This document shows, one piece after another, positions 1-7,631 of a DNA stretch of 64,000 nucleotides. The stretch's first letter is position 1, and every line of letters starts with the position of its first letter. This DNA comes from a virus, in the IMG/VR virus record IMGVR_UViG_3300004481_000271, positions 1 through 64,000 of that record. The stretch is one strand, 5' to 3'. Below the pieces are notes generated by a model. The model searched no databases. It saw nothing but the letters and a program-made list of their open reading frames with translations, and had not been told where the DNA came from. The position numbers were made by a program, and so were the translations under genes.

Positions 1-1054
1 GGGCGGCCACGGCGGCGCGGTTCTCCCGCTCGGCCCGGAAGGACACCCCGAGGAAGCCCCCGTCGTCCCCGAGCTCGGGCCGGAGACGGTAGGCGATCGG
101 AGCGTCGAGGTCCTCTCCGGCGGGCGCGGGCGGAGGGGCGGCGACGACCCTCGTCCTCGGCAGGAGCGCGAGCTTCTCCGGCGCCTCGCGGACGACCCGG
201 AGGACCGTCGCGAGATTCTCGTCCCGACGCGCCTCGAGAACCTCGGCAGCCTTCCGAGCGGCCATGCCCATATCGTGAAGCCGTCCCGCGACCGCCCAAC
301 TAGCGCACGTCTCGGCCTTCCGGCAAAGGAGGGACGAGACCGCGCGGAAGTCGGCCGGCGTCACCCCGGCAATGCGGACGGCACGGGCGACGGCGGCGTT
401 GTAGGCGGCCGGCGTTGCGTGGGCCCCGACGAGGGCGTCGGCGATCTGCCGATGAGCGTCCGAGGCGGTCTCGAGCGCCACTCCAAGAGCGTCGGCGGCC
501 TCGAGCTCGCCTCCGTCCTCGGCCTTCTCCTCGCCCTCGGGCGCCGGCGATCCGGAGGGCCCGCCGTCCGGGTCGTCGTCCCCGTCCTCGTCGGCGGTCT
601 CGAGCTCGGGCGCCGGAGCGGCGAGGATCGCCTCCCGCTCGGCCCGCTCGAGGGCATAGGAGACGTTGATGGTTTCGTAGAAGTCAACGTCGAAGTAATC
701 GGTCGAGGAATCCGAAGCGTCCCGATTGTAGGCGCGGACGATCTTCTTCATGGTCTCGAGCGCGGCCTGGGCGGTCGCGGTGTACCGCGGCGGAAGGTCG
801 AAGGCGTGCTTGTAGGGGTCCGCGGCGGACGCGCGGACGTGGGCGGGGTTCATCGCTCCGCCGGCGATCTCGACGATCTTCGCGCGGAGGGCGCAGCCCC
901 CCGAGAACCGCTCGATCTGCACGGAGACCTTCATCGCGGGGAGCTCGCCGGACTTGATCGCGGCGGCGATGTCCTTCCGGACGTCCTTCGCGATGTCCTT
1001 CACGTCCCGCCCCGCCTCGTACTTGCTGCCCCGAAACTCGTCTCGTCCCGTCAT
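1..1054 (-). CDS. LPD29-like (polyvalent-protein-associated domain) early protein, 3' end runs off window; absent from ORF track
   Basis: Manual translation from ATG 1054 after GGGAGG RBS: MTGRDEFRGSKYEAGRDVKDIAKDVRKDI...KVSVQIERFSGG...YNRDASDSSTDYFDVDFY, then acidic linker; frame open to base 2. Confidence 0.65.
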   Translation of the reverse strand, partial: MTGRDEFRGSKYEAGRDVKDIAKDVRKDIAAAIKSGELPAMKVSVQIERFSGGCALRAKIVEIAGGAMNPAHVRASAADPYKHAFDLPPRYTATAQAALETMKKIVRAYNRDASDSSTDYFDVDFYETINVSYALERAEREAILAAPAPELETADEDGDDDPDGGPSGSPAPEGEEKAEDGGELEAADALGVALETASDAHRQIADALVGAHATPAAYNAAVARAVRIAGVTPADFRAVSSLLCRKAETCASWAVAGRLHDMGMAARKAAEVLEARRDENLATVLRVVREAPEKLALLPRTRVVAAPPPAPAGEDLDAPIAYRLRPELGDDGGFLGVSFRAERENRAAVAA

Positions 1055-1073
1055 CGTTGCCTCCCTTCTGATT

Positions 1074-1153
1074 CTGTTATCGCATACCACGGGAGACCGC
1101 GCAAGGGAAAAACGACATCGCCCCGAAAAAAGATCCCGGGAGCGATCTCCCCT
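1074..1153 (-). promoter_or_regulatory. Early promoter cassette copy 1 (partial)
   Basis: GATGTCGTTTTTCCC-TTGCGC (1099-1104)-17 nt-GATAAC; shares the CGAAAAAAGATCCCGGGA block with copy 4. Confidence 0.65.
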
Positions 1154-1298
1154 ACCCATCGCAACCCGCGAGGCGGACGAGAAGAAGAAAGACGGCGAAG
1201 GCAAGGAAGCCCCCAACGACGGACGGGACAAGCTCGAGGATCGCCCAGTCGAGGGCCCGCTCGGTCAACGTGCGACGGTCTACCGGCTCGCGAGTCAT
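1152..1298 (-). CDS. Small membrane protein
   Basis: ATGA overlap with upstream gene; hydrophobic stretch LVPSVVGGFLAFAVFLLLV. Confidence 0.55.
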   Translation of the reverse strand: MTREPVDRRTLTERALDWAILELVPSVVGGFLAFAVFLLLVRLAGCDG

Positions 1299-1870
1299 CG
1301 GGACCTCCCTCCATGGACACCGGCCGGATGGGCAGAGCTCGGGACGGCGAAGCGCCATTGACGCCGGACGCACCGACCTTGACCGCCGAAGAGCTCGCCC
1401 GGTCCGAAGGAGTCGGCGGCGTCCTCCCGGCTCGGTTGTCGGACCTGGAAGACCCGCTTCGAGGCGGAGACGGCGCCCTCGCGGGCGAGGGTGAGGGCGC
1501 GGCGGCGGACCGTTTCGAGGACGACCCGAACGCCCCGAGCTCGGACGAGGGCGGCGAGGGTCTCGGTCGTGAGCCCGAGGGCGACGTCCGGCCCGCCGAA
1601 GCCGGTCCGGTCCTCGAGGACTCCGAGGATCGCCCCGTCGACGCGGGTCCGCTTCCGGGCCTTCTGCGGCGGAGCCAGGACCTCGAGGACGAGCTCCTCG
1701 GCCGACCGGTCCCGGACCGCCGAGGGCGCGAGACGACGGAGCTCCGCCTCGACGAGCCCGAGGGCGGCGTCGAGACCTGGGAGCGGGTCGCGAAGCCGGC
1801 GGGCGGTGATCGCCCGGTGAACCCTCGCAAGGGCGAGGAGGGCCCCAGAAGGTCGCCGGCGCCCCGTCAA
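1295..1870 (-). CDS. Hypothetical protein, possible winged-helix DNA-binding
   Basis: TTGA/ATGA coupling on both sides; LTTETLAALV...LETVRRRALTLAREGAV. Confidence 0.55.
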   Translation of the reverse strand: MTGRRRPSGALLALARVHRAITARRLRDPLPGLDAALGLVEAELRRLAPSAVRDRSAEELVLEVLAPPQKARKRTRVDGAILGVLEDRTGFGGPDVALGLTTETLAALVRARGVRVVLETVRRRALTLAREGAVSASKRVFQVRQPSREDAADSFGPGELFGGQGRCVRRQWRFAVPSSAHPAGVHGGRSR

Positions 1871-2154
1871 CGTCTCCCCCTCTCGGCGAGCCCGTGAGTC
1901 CGAAGGACCTCGTCGAGGGCGCCCTGGACGGCGTCGACGGCGTCAAGGAGCTCCTCGTCCCGGACGTCGCCCTTCTCGACGGTGTCGAGAAGCTCCTCGA
2001 GGAAGTCGGCGGACGACTCGAGAACCCATCCCCCCGCGGCAACGTGGCGGTCGAGCGGCGGGCGGCCGGAGGCGAGGGCCTCGAGGATGCACCGCGACTC
2101 CCCCGGGAGGTTCGCGAAGTCGTCGGCAAGCTCGAGGAGGGCGGCGAGGTTCAT
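1867..2154 (-). CDS. Hypothetical acidic protein
   Basis: ATG 2154 just downstream of CGAGCAGTAAC motif; genome-typical codons. Confidence 0.65.
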   Translation of the reverse strand: MNLAALLELADDFANLPGESRCILEALASGRPPLDRHVAAGGWVLESSADFLEELLDTVEKGDVRDEELLDAVDAVQGALDEVLRTHGLAERGRR

Positions 2155-2161
2155 CGCCTTC

Positions 2162-2172
2162 GTTACTGCTCG
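2162..2172 (-). promoter_or_regulatory. CGAGCAGTAAC motif (putative middle promoter)
   Basis: One of 7 copies, all just upstream of start codons. Confidence 0.6.
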
Positions 2173-2177
2173 GGCAG

Positions 2178-3251
2178 CTAGGCGGCGAGCTCGGCGACGG
2201 CGGCCTCGACCTCGGCGTCGGCCTGGGCGGCGTCGGGACCGGCGGCGGAGTCGTCGCAAGCGGTCGCGGGAGCGTAGTCACCGGAGAGGACCGTCTCCCA
2301 GCGGGGAGGGAGGACGAAGCCCCCGAGCTCCTCGAGCTTCGCCTGGATCGCGCGGAGCGTCCGGCCCTTCTCGACGGCCTGATCCCAGGACTTCGCCGGC
2401 CGGAGGGAGTGCTGGATCTTCTCCTCGGTCGCGGCCCAGCGGTCGAACTGCTCGGGGTTCGCCGAGGCGGCGACGAGGAGGTCCTCCTCGCTCGAGAAGA
2501 TGCAGCAAAGGCAGGAGAGCCGGCGGGAGCCGAGGTCGTAAGCGTAGTGATACTCGATCCCGGAGGCGAGGATGTCGCGCCAAACGTCGACCTCGGTCCA
2601 AGCGTGGATCGGGAGCCAGGTGTCGATGTGGACGTTCGCGTTGGAGCGCCGGACCTCGAAGGTCGGCCGGTCGCGGCGGGCGTCCGACTCCTCGGCGCGG
2701 ATTCCCTGGACGTCGAGGATACGGCAAGGGCGGGACTCGCCGGTCGCCTTCTTCCACTCCCGGGCGAGGGCGGTGAAGACAACCTGGATCGGGGCGGTCT
2801 TGAACTCGCCGGTGCAGTAGCGGACCGAAGGAGACATCCATCCCCCGATCTTCCCCTCGGACGCCATCGCGAGGGCCCGCCGCTCGGCGAAGTCGAGGAG
2901 GTCGCCGAAGACCTCGCCGGCCTTGTACTGCTTCCCGTCCTTCGAGGCGACCTTGCCGATCCGGGAGGTCTGGATGAACCGGCCGATCCCGTTCGCGGTC
3001 ATCTGTCGCTCGGCGACGAGGTGAGCGTCCGGCCACTCGACAACCTTCCCGAGGTCCGAGTGAATCGCGACGACGCGCCCGAGGACTCCCTCGGCCTTCG
3101 CTCGCTCGGCGGTGACGCGGGCGGCGGTCTGAGAGTCCTTCCCGCCGGAGGTCGACACGACGATCACGTCATAGTCGGCGAGGGAAGCGGGGCCAGCGGC
3201 GAGCTCGGGGGTCCGGGTCGTCGTCTCGGTCATCGTGTCCTCCGTCCTCAT
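2178..3251 (-). CDS. PAPS-reductase family PP-loop ATPase (DndC/CysH-like)
   Basis: STSGGKDS, RYCTGEFK, QGIRAEES, RLSCLCC motifs; start 3251 (leaderless) or 3233 (GGAGG RBS). Confidence 0.88.
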   Translation of the reverse strand: MRTEDTMTETTTRTPELAAGPASLADYDVIVVSTSGGKDSQTAARVTAERAKAEGVLGRVVAIHSDLGKVVEWPDAHLVAERQMTANGIGRFIQTSRIGKVASKDGKQYKAGEVFGDLLDFAERRALAMASEGKIGGWMSPSVRYCTGEFKTAPIQVVFTALAREWKKATGESRPCRILDVQGIRAEESDARRDRPTFEVRRSNANVHIDTWLPIHAWTEVDVWRDILASGIEYHYAYDLGSRRLSCLCCIFSSEEDLLVAASANPEQFDRWAATEEKIQHSLRPAKSWDQAVEKGRTLRAIQAKLEELGGFVLPPRWETVLSGDYAPATACDDSAAGPDAAQADAEVEAAVAELAA

Positions 3252-3415
3252 GCTTCTTTTATACGGTCTCTCCGGAGATAGCGCAAGAGAAAAACGACAC
3301 GGCGGCGAAAAAAGATCGCCCGAAGAGATCGCCCCGGACGCGGACGTCACGATTCCCAGTGTTTTATCGGGTAAAGTCGACCTCGGGCGGGAGCGATCTC
3401 TTCGGTCGTTTTCAG
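3231..3415 (-). promoter_or_regulatory. Early promoter cassette copy 2 (full length)
   Basis: TTGCGC (3281-3286)-17 nt-TATAAA (3258-3263), upstream T-tracts, 12-bp inverted repeat 3321-3332/3393-3404. Confidence 0.85.
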
Positions 3416-4104
3416 TGACGCGGGCGCCGAAGTCCGGGGATCTCGAGCTGCTCCCCGAGCTCGGAGCGACGCCTCGAGGACTTCCCCGGCGTCCAAGCCT
3501 CGAAGAGGATCGCGACGGACGGGAAGCCGGCAACGTCCCCGGGCTCGCCGGTCGGCTTGATGTGCCGGACGCGCCCCCGGAGGAAGTCGACGGCGCGGGT
3601 CGGGTAACGGAGACGGAGGACCCCGTCTTCGGACGTCCTGGCCTGGACGTAGCGGGCCCACCACCGTTTCCCGACCTTCGCGGGGAGGAGGGCGACGACG
3701 AGCTCGGCCCGGCCGGAGAGGACCTCGCGGACCGCCTTCGCGACCCAGAGCTCCTCGACGACCCCATAGGGCGGATTGACCCAGACCCGCCCCCGCCACG
3801 GGAGGGCGAGTCCGTCGTCCTCGACAGTGTAGTAGGTCGGGCAGACGTGGAGCTCGGCGGAGGCGGCGGCGTCGAGGTCGAAGGCTCCCCCGGCCCATCG
3901 GTCGGCGTAGACGCGGACGAGCTCCGGCGGCGTCCCCCATTCGACCGTCGCGGACGGGAGGAGGAGCGGCCCTCCCCGGCGGGAGGCGCCCTCGAGGAGC
4001 TCGCCGGCGGCCGGCGGGGTAGGTCGGGGCGGGGAAGCCCTCGGCGCCGTCTCGAAGCCGGAGAAGAGGGCGAGCTGGGGCTCGAGGTCGTCGTCGAATC
4101 TCAT
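3412..4104 (-). CDS. Phage N6-adenine DNA methyltransferase (Dam-like, PF05869 type)
   Basis: EWGTPP, FDLDAAAS, DDGL..PW.GRVWVNPPY, FLRGRV motifs. Confidence 0.88.
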   Translation of the reverse strand: MRFDDDLEPQLALFSGFETAPRASPPRPTPPAAGELLEGASRRGGPLLLPSATVEWGTPPELVRVYADRWAGGAFDLDAAASAELHVCPTYYTVEDDGLALPWRGRVWVNPPYGVVEELWVAKAVREVLSGRAELVVALLPAKVGKRWWARYVQARTSEDGVLRLRYPTRAVDFLRGRVRHIKPTGEPGDVAGFPSVAILFEAWTPGKSSRRRSELGEQLEIPGLRRPRH

Positions 4105-4745
4105 GGGCCCTCGAGGGAGCCTACCAGGGCGGCGGCGAGGACGTCGAAGGGGACACGAGCTCGGACGCGGGCGGCGACGCGGGTCGCCTCGGCGCCGAGG
4201 ACCGGGGAGCCCGTCGAAACCCAGCGGCGGTCGGCCCCCCCGTGGACGACCCCGGCTCCCCAGCGGGTCGCCTCGCGGACGGCCTCGAGCTTCTTCCCCG
4301 GCGAGGCGAGAACCCAGACCCGGGAGAGGGCGAGGAGGGCCCGCGCCTTCGGAGCGGGGTTCGGCCATGCCTTCGTCACGCGGTAGAGGGCGAGGCGAGG
4401 CTCGACGACGGCAGCCCGCGCCCCGGGCGGAGCTCCGACCGTCCGACCGAGGACGCGGACGAGGACCCCGGCCGTCGGATGAGGGACGGCCTTCGCCCAG
4501 ACCTCGGCGACGTCGACGAGGGCGAGCTCGAGCTCGCGGTCGAGCCCGGCAAGGAAGGCAAGGGCGATCATCGGGACGGGGTTCCCGTCGGTCCAGGCAG
4601 CCTCGAGCGGGGTCCTCCGCCGGAGTCCGCGGTCGAGGCGGAGCCAGCCCTCGACCTCCCAGGCGAGCTCGGGCCCGCCGAGGACGCGGAGCGGCCCGTC
4701 GAGGGCGCCGAGGCGACGGAGGGCGTCGAGGGCCTCGGCGGTCAT
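4101..4745 (-). CDS. Hypothetical protein
   Basis: ATGA-coupled on both sides. Confidence 0.6.
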   Translation of the reverse strand: MTAEALDALRRLGALDGPLRVLGGPELAWEVEGWLRLDRGLRRRTPLEAAWTDGNPVPMIALAFLAGLDRELELALVDVAEVWAKAVPHPTAGVLVRVLGRTVGAPPGARAAVVEPRLALYRVTKAWPNPAPKARALLALSRVWVLASPGKKLEAVREATRWGAGVVHGGADRRWVSTGSPVLGAEATRVAARVRARVPFDVLAAALVGSLEGP

Positions 4746-5257
4746 CGCGACCACACCGGAGAGCCGGCGGCAGCCTCGACGACTCCGCGGTCGAGGGTCT
4801 CGACGCGCGGGACGATCCCGACCTCCTTCGTCCAGCGGAAGGCGAGGCGAAGCCCTGGAGAGACGACGCGGGCGAGCCAAAGGGCGAGCGGCGGCCGGAC
4901 GACGGCGAGGGTGACGGAGGCGGGGAGCTTCCGTCCGAGGGAGCGGCGGCCGACCGACCAAAGGACGGACGTCTCGGTCCGCCAGATCGCCCCCTCCCCT
5001 CCCCAAGCGGTCGCGCGGTCGACCACCCCTTCCTCGAGGGTCGCGACGAGAAGGGCGAAGCCGTCCTCCGGCCGGAGCCTCCGGCCGAGGAAGCCGTCCT
5101 CTCCGACGGCGACGAGGGAGAGCGCCGGCTCCTCGGTCGCCAGGATGAGGAGCTCCGCCCCGAGGCGGTAGGCGGCGACAACCTCGGGCGCAAGCTCGCC
5201 CTCGAGGGCAAGCTCCTCGAGGAGGAGCTCGAGCTCCGTCGGTCGCCGGTCCGTCAT
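4742..5257 (-). CDS. Hypothetical protein
   Basis: ATGA-coupled; MTDRRPTELELLLEEL... Confidence 0.6.
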   Translation of the reverse strand: MTDRRPTELELLLEELALEGELAPEVVAAYRLGAELLILATEEPALSLVAVGEDGFLGRRLRPEDGFALLVATLEEGVVDRATAWGGEGAIWRTETSVLWSVGRRSLGRKLPASVTLAVVRPPLALWLARVVSPGLRLAFRWTKEVGIVPRVETLDRGVVEAAAGSPVWSR

Positions 5258-5541
5258 GCGTCGCCCCCTCCGCCGAGCCGCCAGACGGCGTCGATCGGGG
5301 CGAGGAGTCCGTGAAGCTCGGCGACGACCTCGTCGAAGCGGGAAGACCTCCTCCGCGTGAGTCCCTCGAGGGTCTCGACGAAGCCGAGGATCTGGCGAGC
5401 CTCGACGATCGTCTCGGGGCGACGTAGGCGGGCGACCTTCTTCTCGAGGCTCCCGACGAACCATCCGGACGCGCCCCCGGCGGCGGCCTCGCGACAGAGC
5501 TCGGCGAGGAGCTCGCCGGCGTCCTCGAAGACGGTCGGCAC
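5254..5541 (-). CDS. Hypothetical protein
   Basis: GTG start abutting upstream stop, GGAGG RBS. Confidence 0.6.
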   Translation of the reverse strand: MPTVFEDAGELLAELCREAAAGGASGWFVGSLEKKVARLRRPETIVEARQILGFVETLEGLTRRRSSRFDEVVAELHGLLAPIDAVWRLGGGGDA

Positions 5542-5963
5542 TAGACGACCTCCCCTCCGAGTCCGGCGATCGAGGCGGCGGCGTCGGCGGCCCGCTCGAG
5601 GCGGACGAGGAGGTCGCGGATCTCCTCGGGGAGCTCGACCCCGCGGTCGGGGAGGGACCGGAGGAGGACGGAAGTCCAGCGGGCGTGCCGGACGAGCTGG
5701 GAGCCGGTCGGCCGGAGGCAGACCCCGAAGCGGTGACCGGGGACGTGACGCGGGACGAAGAGGACCCGCTCCCCAGGAATCGCGAGACGGACGTCTCCCC
5801 CGCCCCCCCGCTCCGGCGGCCGGCGTCGGACCCCGTCGAGGTGATCGAGGAGCTCGAGGAGCCGGAGCCGTTCGTCCGGCCAGAGCTCCGGGTCGGCGGG
5901 CGGGAGGAGGAGCCAGGCGACGGCCCGACGGAGCCCCCCGTCGATGTCCTCCCGCAAGGTCAC
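5541..5963 (-). CDS. Hypothetical protein
   Basis: GTGA overlap with upstream gene. Confidence 0.55.
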   Translation of the reverse strand: MTLREDIDGGLRRAVAWLLLPPADPELWPDERLRLLELLDHLDGVRRRPPERGGGGDVRLAIPGERVLFVPRHVPGHRFGVCLRPTGSQLVRHARWTSVLLRSLPDRGVELPEEIRDLLVRLERAADAAASIAGLGGEVV

Positions 5964-6259
5964 GAGTCGAGCTTCTTCTTCGGCCTCCCCCGACGGCGCG
6001 GCGCCCCCTCCTCGGCGGCGGCCTTCCGCTCGGCGGCCTTCGCAGCCCTGGCGGCGCGCATCATGGCGGCGTGCTCGTCCGGGTAGGCGGCGGCGGCCCG
6101 CTCGAGCTGGGAGTGTAGATCCCCGACTCCGGCGGCGTGGTCGAGGACGAGCCGAATCCAGGTGATCAAGGGCATCCCTTGGCGGGCGGCGGAGTCGCGC
6201 CAGGCGGCGAGCTCCTCCTCGTTCGCCTTGATCGAGGTGCTTTCGTTGTAGAGTCCCAT
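5960..6259 (-). CDS. Ribbon-helix-helix-like DNA-binding protein with AT-hook-like tail
   Basis: TSIKANEEELAAWRDSAARQGMPLITWIRLVL; C-terminal RRRGRPKK. Confidence 0.65.
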   Translation of the reverse strand: MGLYNESTSIKANEEELAAWRDSAARQGMPLITWIRLVLDHAAGVGDLHSQLERAAAAYPDEHAAMMRAARAAKAAERKAAAEEGAPRRRGRPKKKLDS

Positions 6260-6275
6260 CGTTCCCTCTCCTCTC

Positions 6276-6286
6276 GTTACTGCTCG
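6276..6286 (-). promoter_or_regulatory. CGAGCAGTAAC motif (overlaps stop codon of GNAT gene)
   Basis: Exact copy upstream of ATG 6259. Confidence 0.6.
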
Positions 6287-7554
6287 AAGCCGTTGAAGCC
6301 CTCGGTCCCGACCCCCTCGGCGGCCGGACTCGCCCGAGCCCTCGTCCCGACGGCCTGGGCGCCTCGAAGAGCCTCGAGGTCCTCGCCGGCGACCGCGAGG
6401 TCGTCCTCGAGCTCCGCCCCTTCTCGGGCGTCCTGGGCGTCGGCGGCGACGTCCGCCTCGAGGTCCTCGCCGGCGGCCTCGGTCTCGGTCTCGGCGACGT
6501 CCGCCTCGAGGTCCTCGCCGGCGCCGGCGGGCGCCTCGGCGAAGAGGTTGCCCTGGCGAGGGTCGGCCGGCTCGACCGGCGCGGCCGGCTCGAAGACAAC
6601 GACCCGGCGGAGCTCCTCGAGGGAGAGCCTCGCCGGCGGCGGGGTCGGCTCGGCGGCGGGGAGCTCGATCGCCCTCGAGGCGACGAGCTTCCGGGTCGAC
6701 TTCGAGAGCCCCTTCTCCCAGCGGGTCTTCGGGGAGGTCGGGGCGACGTCGGTCCGCTCCCGGCCCTCGCGAGACCACGACCCGCCGGCGGAGCGGGCGG
6801 TCGGCGTCCAGCCCGCGGCAACGAGGGAGTGACCGCTCTCCTCGTCGAGGGTGTAGGTAACGAGGAGCTTGTAGCCGAGCTCGCGGGTCTTCTTCGCGGC
6901 GGCGGCGTAGAGCTTCGAGACCGCGTTTCGGCGGAGCTCCCGGTGACCCCAGACCGCGACGCGCGTCACTTCGAGGGCGTCCGGGTTCGCCTCGGCGAAG
7001 ACCCTCGAGACCGGGCGGCCGACGACGGCGACCCCGACCTTGACGCTCCCGTTGTAGACCGCGACCGAGAACTTGTGCCCCTGGGGGGCGGGATGGTGCG
7101 AATGGTGCGCGGCGACGTCGGAGAAGACCTCGTCCCGCCAGCCCTTCGGGGAGGCGGCCCGCTTGTGCCCCTTGCCGTCGGAGCCGGCGGGGACCGCGGG
7201 GTCGCGGACGACGAGCCTCGCGACGACGGTCCCGTCGCCCTCGCCGATGACCTCGAGGACCTCGGAGCTCGGGTCGATGATCGCGGCGACAACCTCGACG
7301 GGGAGCCCGTAGGCGTCGGCGTAGCCGTACCACTCGACGGCCTCGGCCTGGGCGGCGCAGCAAGGGCGCCAGGTCAAGAACCGCTCGCCATTCGCGCGGT
7401 CGACGCGGAGGTCGCATCCGAAGATCGCGTCCCCGTCGTCGTAGAGCCACTCGGTCCCGCAGTGCGGGCAAGTCCGGGCGTCGTCGTCGGCGGCGAAGAC
7501 ATCGGCGACCATCGCGGCGATCTCGTCTCGGGTCATCTTGCGAGCGGTGTCCAT
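6277..7554 (-). CDS. XF1762-family (Mom-related GNAT-fold) protein with N-terminal Cys-rich domain and acidic tail
   Basis: HHSHHPAPQGHKFS, GVAVVGRPVSR, LEVTR, SKLYAAA, LVTYTLDEESGHSLVAAGW; N-terminal CPHC...PCC. Confidence 0.8.
   Translation of the reverse strand: MDTARKMTRDEIAAMVADVFAADDDARTCPHCGTEWLYDDGDAIFGCDLRVDRANGERFLTWRPCCAAQAEAVEWYGYADAYGLPVEVVAAIIDPSSEVLEVIGEGDGTVVARLVVRDPAVPAGSDGKGHKRAASPKGWRDEVFSDVAAHHSHHPAPQGHKFSVAVYNGSVKVGVAVVGRPVSRVFAEANPDALEVTRVAVWGHRELRRNAVSKLYAAAAKKTRELGYKLLVTYTLDEESGHSLVAAGWTPTARSAGGSWSREGRERTDVAPTSPKTRWEKGLSKSTRKLVASRAIELPAAEPTPPPARLSLEELRRVVVFEPAAPVEPADPRQGNLFAEAPAGAGEDLEADVAETETEAAGEDLEADVAADAQDAREGAELEDDLAVAGEDLEALRGAQAVGTRARASPAAEGVGTEGFNGFEQ
6371..6522. 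repeat. Intragenic direct repeat encoding AGEDLEADVA
   Basis: 31-nt identical copies 6444-6474 and 6492-6522, partial copy 6371-6391. Confidence 0.85.
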
Positions 7555-7625
7555 GCCTTCTTTATACGGTCCCCGAGGGGACCTTTCAAGCGAAAAACGA
7601 CATCGGTCGCCGAGGGAGATCTCCT
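7552..7625 (-). promoter_or_regulatory. Early promoter cassette copy 3
   Basis: GATGTCGTTTTTCGC-TTGAAA (7584-7589)-GGTCCCCTCGGGGACCG-TATAAA (7561-7566)-6 nt-ATG. Confidence 0.85.
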
Positions 7626-7631
7626 CGCCGG

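Noticed and set aside
2178-3251. Complete Dnd phosphorothioation or sulfate assimilation system
   Set aside because: No partner genes in window
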